From the NCBI GenBank assembly GCA_965235115.1, contig OZ249437.1, positions 10,602,001 through 10,666,000 on the forward strand: 64,000 nucleotides of DNA. The letters run 5' to 3'. Shown here one piece after another: positions 56,601 through 64,000 of the stretch (position 1 is the first letter of the stretch; the number at the start of each line of letters is the position of its first letter). The notes beneath the pieces are model-generated. The model was not told the origin of the DNA. It did no database searches and saw nothing but the letters and a program-made list of their open reading frames with translations. The position numbers and the translations under genes are program-made. Source of the stretch: Laetmonice hystrix. Lineage: Eukaryota.

Positions 56601-59600
56601 CCTCGATTGCACACTTCATAACGTATTGCCGATGACCTTTTTGAATCAAACATATTAATGTAAGGGTATGCATGCAGTAGGTGTTTTGGCCGCTCACCCT
56701 GTGTATTCATCCCCTAGAGTCTGATATCTGAGTTAACCTTAGTGATTGTCAAACTGCGGCTTGGCTTGGCTTGGCTTACATGTGGTTTCTGAGCTGGCAC
56801 CGGAGTCTGGCTACCTATAACGCCAGTCGCCCCAGGCTACAGTCCCCGTTACTTTTGCGTGGCGGGGGAGGACAGGTCAGCGAGGGTGAGTCTCAAATTA
56901 TGAGGGACTTCATTCAGGCAGGTATTTGATTTCCGAGTTCCTTATCTAGACTATAGACCCTTAATTCCACCACCACCACCACCATCTATATTCCAGGCAA
57001 ATATAACCATATGGGCTAGCCTATAGAGGCAATTACTCAAACATGTTTTCGGCTAAGGAATGCATACATGAATCGGACATAATATTAGTGTACAAGGGAC
57101 GCGTTGTCTAATGGCGAGCCGTAGGATGTGTAAGTCAAAGGGGAAGAAGAAAGCATCAATAAGTCTAACGTTCTGGCCAAATGATAACATATGATAATAT
57201 ATATTATTATGCATTCATTTGTGAATACATTTTCTTTGACCGTTTCATCGTTGCACCGACTGCCCCCCGTACTTCTAAGACGTCCGTACGTTTAGCTACT
57301 CACTTAACACGAAAAACAAAGGCGCCAATGTTGGGGTGTCCCGACCAAAGTGAAGCCATGCAAAATTTGACCCTATTCCAGATTCTGTTGGAAGTGTTAG
57401 GTTACGGTGCTTTGTTAACTAGCTTACCACATGCGTTTCTTCCGTTTATCCACAGCTGTGGGCCATACATTGAGGACAACATTATAACAACCTAAAGAAG
57501 TTAACATGGGAGATGATATGGTACGACCGTACTTTCAACGTTTACAATAATGTATAGTCATATCCAGCCAAACTCACACAGGGAGATTGCCGCACGGTCT
57601 AATGGTAATAGGCCTGAGGTCATAGGTCAAGATGGGGTGAGGGTGGGGGTGGGGGGTGGATGGGGTTGGGGTGGAGGGGGAGATCCTTACGTGGATGACG
57701 CTATAATCATTTCCACGCGCCGTCGTCGCGCGGTTGTTCGGCCCTAGGAATGAGTGTTAAGTGCTTGAATAAAGGGGGTCAATCCTGCTAGAGATAGGTG
57801 GAGAAAATACGACGGCAGTGGGTTCTAACCAATGGCTTCAGGGGCACCGCAAAGTGGGCAGCTTTTAAAGGTGTTTGTTGGAGGAGGGAGGGGATAGAGG
57901 ATGGGGGGGGGGGGGGTTAATGGTAGGTAGGGGGTGTTGTTAGGGGGGGGTGTTACCCAGCTGGCGGGCAACCAGTCAATATGACAGAACTTATAAACAA
58001 ACCTAGCCATCAGTACGTTGTCCGAGAGGTAACACCAAGGGAGCGGTGGCTTCACAAGTGATGCGTTTGACCGCCATGATTGCACATATAAATCTGTTCT
58101 GGTCGGCTGCCGACTCACTTAGCTTGCCGCACTCCTGTCATATTTATCTGTTCTGTGGTGCCAGTACACAAGGGCCCTCCGCGGTGAATATAGGCTATAT
58201 GATTCTTAAACTACACTTTTTTGTTATGAAATATAAAACAAAATTACAATTAAATTTACTGTTGGACTATGCTCTTTGAGCATCTTATTATATTATAAGC
58301 AATATTGCTTTGACAATTCCAGGTTTATAGAAAGCCTAGCCATAGATTTGGTTTTCTACTTGTTGCCTCCTGATGGCGATGTGTATTAATTAACCAGGGT
58401 GGTACGATAGTCGGTGCAGTGATCACCGGCCAGGGCGGGCACACTGGCCGCCAATAGTTCCAAGATATCTGGCCTTATCAACCGTACGTCCGTGGCCACT
58501 CCACGGCATGCTGTATCTGCACCCTGTACCCCCGCCCCCCTTAAACTCCCCGCTGGACGAAAATTGAAACCATTCGCTCGGCTCACAAAGGGGAGTGTGA
58601 GAGTGGCTAATTCCAGCAATGATGTGATCTCTGGGTGAGCTGGCTCGGTGCTGTACCGGCCACGTACGTAGTACAGTATTTACCACAGTCAGTATAGCCC
58701 TCTCTATACTCAGGTCTGGGAATGGGTGGGTTAGGAGAACTGTGAAAAGAACCACTATACTTCTCCACTAACAAGAGGGGCAGGCCCCTGACATACACCA
58801 AGGGTGGGGTAAGACGCCCCCTTTTTTTAGGGGGGGGTAGAGTTCTTGTTTAATCTTGAGGTCCCTGACTCGATCAATACCATTCCAGTGAGACCCCCTA
58901 GACGCTCTCCATATGATATTAGCCCATACCATCGAGCGTATCGCACCGGTAAATGACAAAAAGATGATAGCATCGCAAACTCGCGCTTATATGTGTCTGG
59001 AGTTCATGGGGAGTTGGGGTGGGGAGTATAGCGTTCTGGGGGTCTGCTGACATCTTGTGAGTTACACATCTGTGATTGTTTAGTGCAGTGCTGTGACTGC
59101 TCATACGACATGCCAGCAGACATGCACTCTCGTTATCTGATGAACGGCAGACGGCTCCTCTAGTCTAATATCGCCAATTTGTTCCCATTTGGACATCATA
59201 TCCCGCCATGATTTCCCTGATATATGTGCCCGTCTCAGTCAGGGTGACCCTCGTGTCGTGTTAAGGCGTCAAACAAAAGCAGACGACAGATAAGCAAAGG
59301 TCGCTCTGCGAGGCGCTCGTATCAAACAGGAGTTTTGTTTGTTGGCGAAGGCTTGGTGCCAGTGGCCCATAAAAGCCCGTCATTGACGTCACCAAACTTT
59401 GTTTTTCTGACGTGGCCGGCTCGTGCTGCGCCCACATGGATGATGGCGACGTATAGTATACTAAAATTGAGCCAATTTCAAGGGAAATGAGCACCAGCGA
59501 AACGCAAACGTCCCAGGGATATGGCACGCGGACCCTGTACTCACTTAACTGTTTACACTAAAATATGACCGCGCGATTTCATTACAATCGCGTTATATTC

Positions 59601-59862
59601 CCTCCACCCGCCAACACCCCCTACCCCCATCCCCTTAGTACTTTGACAGTTCTCGCCATGGTTCGAGGACTGCATGTGGTCTATTTCGGGCACAACTCTA
59701 AACACATATTCCTAACAAACTGGCCAGAACCCATGCAGTGGTGGGACCGACCCTTTAAAATGGGGTCAAAGTTGGACGATTCGCCGCCATGTTGTTTACG
59801 GTATTTTAATTTGAGGAGTATTTCAAGAACTTTGAACTGGTAAGCTTGCTATATGAACGGGG

Positions 59863-60017
59863 NNNNNNNNNNNNNNNNNNNNNNNNNNNNNNNNNNNNNN
59901 NNNNNNNNNNNNNNNNNNNNNNNNNNNNNNNNNNNNNNNNNNNNNNNNNNNNNNNNNNNNNNNNNNNNNNNNNNNNNNNNNNNNNNNNNNNNNNNNNNNN
60001 NNNNNNNNNNNNNNNNN
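59863..60017. other. Assembly gap (155 N) in intron 2
   Basis: Run of n characters. Confidence 0.99.
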
Positions 60018-60717
60018 AGAGGTATCTGTTTGCGTGTCATGCCACCAAAGCCTAGGATCAGTGAGTTAATAATCTCAGAACGAGTCGCCCCTACCTGTTC
60101 TAATTAATACCTGCCGACCCCCCACCCCCTCCACCCCCTCCGACCCCCGTTGTCTTTGTGCACAGCCCTGGTGCTGCCCGACCGGAGTTGACAACCAGTA
60201 ATTGGGATCCACTAGACTGCCATCCAATTGTTCTACTACATCAAGGCCTTTGTCTCCCCCACTTAACACTTTTTAACCGTATAGCCATTTTAAGCGCGAA
60301 TACTCCCCCATTTTCCCGACTCTGTCATGCGCGCCTCGAATAACTTCTCCGCAAAGTTCAAATCTAATAACCACCAATACAAAGAGATCCATCAAGGCTG
60401 GTTGCGTTAATCCGATGCCGATTTTTTTGTCGGCGCCGTAAACTAAGTTTGAACGACAATTTCCCTCGAGTGCCAGTTGCACTGTGTCGGCAACGTTGAT
60501 GAATTTCTGTTCTAACAGCAATGGGGAGGCGGTGTGGGGGACAAGTTCCACTTTGACAACACGATTCAGGAATTGGCGCAAAGTTTCAGCTCTGACCACC
60601 AGTTTCAGTGAGTCACAAGTCTGGCCGGCCTCCCTCATACATCCTAGTAAAAACAGCACGTCGACATGGGCCGACGGGACGCCTCCGACGGGTTCCATCT
60701 GTCACAGAGTACGTCCA

Positions 60718-61351
60718 CCAGTTTACTCGACAACCCTGTCAGACGTTCACCAGTTTACTCGACAACCCTGTCAGACGTTCACCAGTTTACTCGACAACCC
60801 TGAATATTCACACTGTCAGACGTCCACCAGTTTACTCGACAACCCTGTCAGACGTCGACCAGTTTACTCGACAACCCTGACTATTCAAACTGTCAGACGT
60901 CCACCAGTTTACTCGACAACCCTGTCAGACGTTCACCAGTTTACTCGACAACCCTGACTATTCCCACTGTCAGACGTCGACCAGTTTACTCGACAACCCT
61001 GACTATTCCCACTGTCAGACGTCGACCAGTTTACTCGACAACCCTGACTATTCCCACTGTCAGACGTCCACCAGTTTACTCGACAACCCTGTCAGACGTC
61101 GACCAGTTTACTCGACAACCCTGACTATTCCCACTGTCAGACGTCCACCAGTTTACTCGACAACCCTGACTATTCCCACTGTCAGACGTCCACCAGTTTA
61201 CTCGACAACCCTGACTATTCCCACTGTCAGACGTCCACCAGTTTACTCGACAACCCTGTCAGACGTCGACCAGTTTACTCGACAACCCTGTCAGACGTCG
61301 ACCAGTTTACTCGACAACCCTGACTATTCACACTGTCAGACGTCCACCAGT
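60718..61351. repeat. Composite minisatellite: 16 units of 32 bp or 45 bp
   Basis: Core ccagtttactcgacaaccctgtcagacgtc(c/g)a, with or without a 13-bp insert (ctgactattccca). Unit order is 32,32,45,32,45,32,45,45,45,32,45,45,45,32,32,45. Confidence 0.96.
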
Positions 61352-61747
61352 TCAAATGACAAACTAAGATGGTTCGTGGCCAGAATGCATGTTGTCTTTA
61401 ACCTAGACATTATTCTACGCCTACGTTATCTGGGGAGTAGGCCTATGCGTATTATATAGGAGGAACTGTCCATACAAAACACAACACTGATCTATTATAA
61501 CTCGCAGAACAATTACACAAAAAACGTGTCATTCCCCCTCTGGATGTTTTTAAGATTCTTCACGGAATAATAGCATCACCTGATGATAATTGAGTGACTA
61601 TTTTTAAGTAGCCGGTTCTGGTATACGCGGACTGGTCATTAAAATACATCGACGTAACTTCAGAACGAGGTCAGCGCCCCCCGCGGCGAAAGTCGGCCAC
61701 AAATACACAGGAATCAGCTGACGAGCTCGGCCATGCAATCAGTGGAA

Positions 61748-61869
61748 TCACACCGTAATGGTGGCCTGCCATGAATCCACCTACTCCACATTATTTATAT
61801 ACAACCAGGTAATTCACACCGTAATGGTGGCCTGCCATGAATCCACCTACTCCACATTATTTATATACA
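61748..61869. repeat. 56-bp direct duplication with a 10-bp spacer, 150 nt into intron 2
   Basis: tcacaccgtaatggtggcctgccatgaatccacctactccacattatttatataca at 61748 and 61814. Confidence 0.92.
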
Positions 61870-62018
61870 CGTCTTCCCTTTATAATAATTCCAGTTTTTT
61901 TCTTTCCTGTCGAACTGCACAAAAATCCCTGATACGTTTATGCTGTTGAGTTATACAGACAAGGCCTGCTTTGTATGGTATATAAAAAAGATAATAAATA
62001 TATGGTAATAGGTCCTAC

Positions 62019-62486
62019 CTGATTGCCCTCGTCCAGTCCCGAGATGCCGGTGCCCTGGAGAGATAGAAGTGACGCCGAGTCGTGTAAGTCATGCGGCCCT
62101 CTGGGCGGAATGAGCACCTCGGGTCGGTTGACGGAACCATAGTCGGCACGTCGGGTATCGTAGGCGCTCGGGAATCCTCGGTGTATGGAGTTGGCCAGAG
62201 GGTCACTGCTTCCACTGAGCAGTTGCTGGCGGTCATGAGGGTTAACATACTGTTGATGGTGTCCCGTGTTGTAATGGTTAAGGTGAGCGTACGGGTCCGG
62301 GTTGACATGGTGGTGGAAGTCGACGCCCGGCTGCTGGGGCACGGAGTAAGGGGGAGGGAAGTAGGGCGGCTGGAAGTCGGTGGTCGGGGTGTGCCGTAAC
62401 CGGTGGGTGGCGTTGGAGAAGGATGAAGACCCAGTTGTACCCAGCTGGTCGAGCGAGCCATGCGTACCGACCAGGTCTCGCCGGTC
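62019..62486 (-). CDS. TFAP2: AP-2 exon 2 (468 nt; Pro/Gln/His-rich transactivation region with PY motif)
   Basis: Acceptor tggctttgcag|GAC CGG CGA (DRRD, cf. vertebrate DRHD) and donor AAT CAG|gtagga. Contains DFQPPYFPPPY, the conserved AP-2 PY motif. Confidence 0.95.
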
Positions 62487-63785
62487 CTGCAAAGCCAGCA
62501 AGGGGCCAAGGGAAACAGCGTTAAAACATTGTATCGCAGGCAAGGTGTATATACGAGGCGAACTCATAGTAACAAAAATATCAACCTTTTAGAATATCTT
62601 ACAATCTTTAAAAATAGAAAAAAAAACACATTTAAACTTGGTGTCATTGATGTCATTCAAGCGAGGCACTTTTATAACCAACATTAAGAAACATGCATCA
62701 CTACATATCTCATTTCATTTTAGATATTAAGATTACAATATTTATCAGAACATCCATAGCATTAACAGTTTCCTAATGACATAGTATTGTCTTTGGGAGC
62801 CAGGGAACGATTGCAAAAGAAGAGTGTCATATATTTCCATGACAAAACAATGTAGGCCTGTACTAATGTAGGCTACATGTGTATGTTTTGGTTGCAGTAC
62901 TTTTGTACACACGTATATGGAAGAGAAAGTGTCCGCTGGGAAGAAGAAACTGTCCCTGAGATCAGTCAAATATTTTGAAGAGAGATTGTAATTTGCCAGG
63001 CCGTCAGCGGTCGTACAATGAGTGGTCGGTAACGGTGCGGGAGTGTGGGAGTTGACGGCCCATCAATCAGTGCAAGACGGTTTCATCCATCACCCCTCAC
63101 CCCGACCCAGCCCGACCCGGCCCGCCTGCCTGCACGGCCCCGGCAGACCGCCCCCACCACCGCCGCTGTCCGGGGCACGGGGCCGTAACCCGCCGGGTGG
63201 TGGTCCCCCGGCTGGCCGGCCTACACACACCCGGGGGAAACCCCCACCGGGCCAGCAACAATCCCGGTCTCATCACCTCCCCCACTCTACACTCGGCGTC
63301 AATAAAACACAGGTAAATACGATACGGATAGGTAACCCCAGTACAAAAAAATATGAAATACCAAACGTCGAAAAAAGAAATAAAGAAAGGACAAAAAGAG
63401 AGGAGAGAAAAGTGTCTCAACTGCTGACCTTTGACTTTTGCTAGGCCTACCATTACCGGCCGCATAACAAGTCTACACATAAAATACAATGGGGGCCAAT
63501 TACAATGCGGTAGTGGGGGAAGCCTTATCGTCTCATCAGCTCATGTCATTTGGATGAAGACATAATTCCCGACCAGGTGGAGGCAACTGATAAAATAAAG
63601 GTTATTAAACCCAGAGCCCACCACTACTTCTTATACCGCCGCCACGCTGACAAATAAATGGGAAAGTTATATCGAGAAAATAAAGATGTCAGGCGACAGC
63701 ACAGACAGGAAAAAAAACTTATATACACTAGAAGTTATAACGTCCATAATGATGTCACGCATGTAGCAGACGACGGATACCCTAC

Positions 63786-63803
63786 CTCCATTGGCAACAG
63801 CAT
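63786..63803 (-). CDS. TFAP2: Candidate first coding exon of AP-2 (MLLPME)
   Basis: ATG CTG TTG CCA ATG GAG|gtaggg is a phase-0 donor matching the phase-0 exon 2 acceptor. There is an in-frame upstream TGA at 63902-63900. Vertebrate AP-2 genes use similarly short first exons (e.g. MLVHSFSAM|DRHD). The Kozak context is weak and there is no transcript evidence. Confidence 0.4.
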
Positions 63804-63931
63804 TCGTGAAGTTGTCGCGGCCAAGCCGACAATACAATCCAGAGAGAAAAGATTGGATTCCACCGTCCGGTCTGGTGGAAGACCGTGGTGAGTTTCTGGT
63901 CAAGTCTGGACGGTCCCGGAGAGTCCGTGAT

Positions 63932-63988
63932 ACGAGGTGTTGTCCCAGAGAGCTCTATAAGACGAGGTGTTGTCCCAGAGAGCTCTAT
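63932..63988. repeat. 27-bp duplication (period 30)
   Basis: acgaggtgttgtcccagagagctctat at 63932 and 63962. Confidence 0.88.
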
Positions 63989-64000
63989 CCTAACACATGC

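Noticed and set aside
57634-57680. G-quadruplex-capable tracts (also about 53383-53406) and many G10+ and C10+ runs
   Set aside because: Such runs occur on both strands throughout the window with no positional relation to exons. They look like a genome-wide compositional feature.
60718-61351. CRISPR-like array (constant core with variable intervals)
   Set aside because: The intervals are near-identical 13-bp inserts or absent, not unique spacers. The context is a eukaryotic intron with no cas genes. It is a minisatellite.
63098-63260. GC-rich patch in intron 1 as a third AP-2 site cluster
   Set aside because: Only N2 and N5 spaced matches were found, which are expected from its composition.

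Overview
Eukaryotic (invertebrate metazoan-looking) genomic DNA. Almost the whole window is one large intron-rich gene on the minus strand encoding an AP-2 (TFAP2) transcription factor. I could assemble exon 2 (62019-62486), a short exon 3 missed by the ORF track (43775-43832), exon 4 (28307-28505), exon 5, exon 6 (7942-8083) and exon 7 (3782-4085, stop TGA). All junctions are GT-AG and phase-compatible. A candidate 6-codon first coding exon lies at 63786-63803; including it gives a 435-aa protein. The main discovery is that exon 5, which encodes part of the basic DNA-binding region, is present as two tandem 119-nt paralogues: 5a (17285-17403, close to the vertebrate sequence) and 5b (16916-17034, divergent). 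They look like mutually exclusive exons, since including both or neither creates an early stop. They are flanked by two crossing intronic complementarities (17548-17560 with 17066-17078, and 17232-17259 with 16352-16374). This is the topology of bidirectional docking/selector RNA pairing. Two intronic clusters of AP-2 consensus sites (6687-7158 and 46223-46321) suggest autoregulation. The rest is intronic or 3' sequence with minisatellites, microsatellites and one 155-nt N gap. I found no CRISPR array, RNA gene or recognisable transposon ORF.
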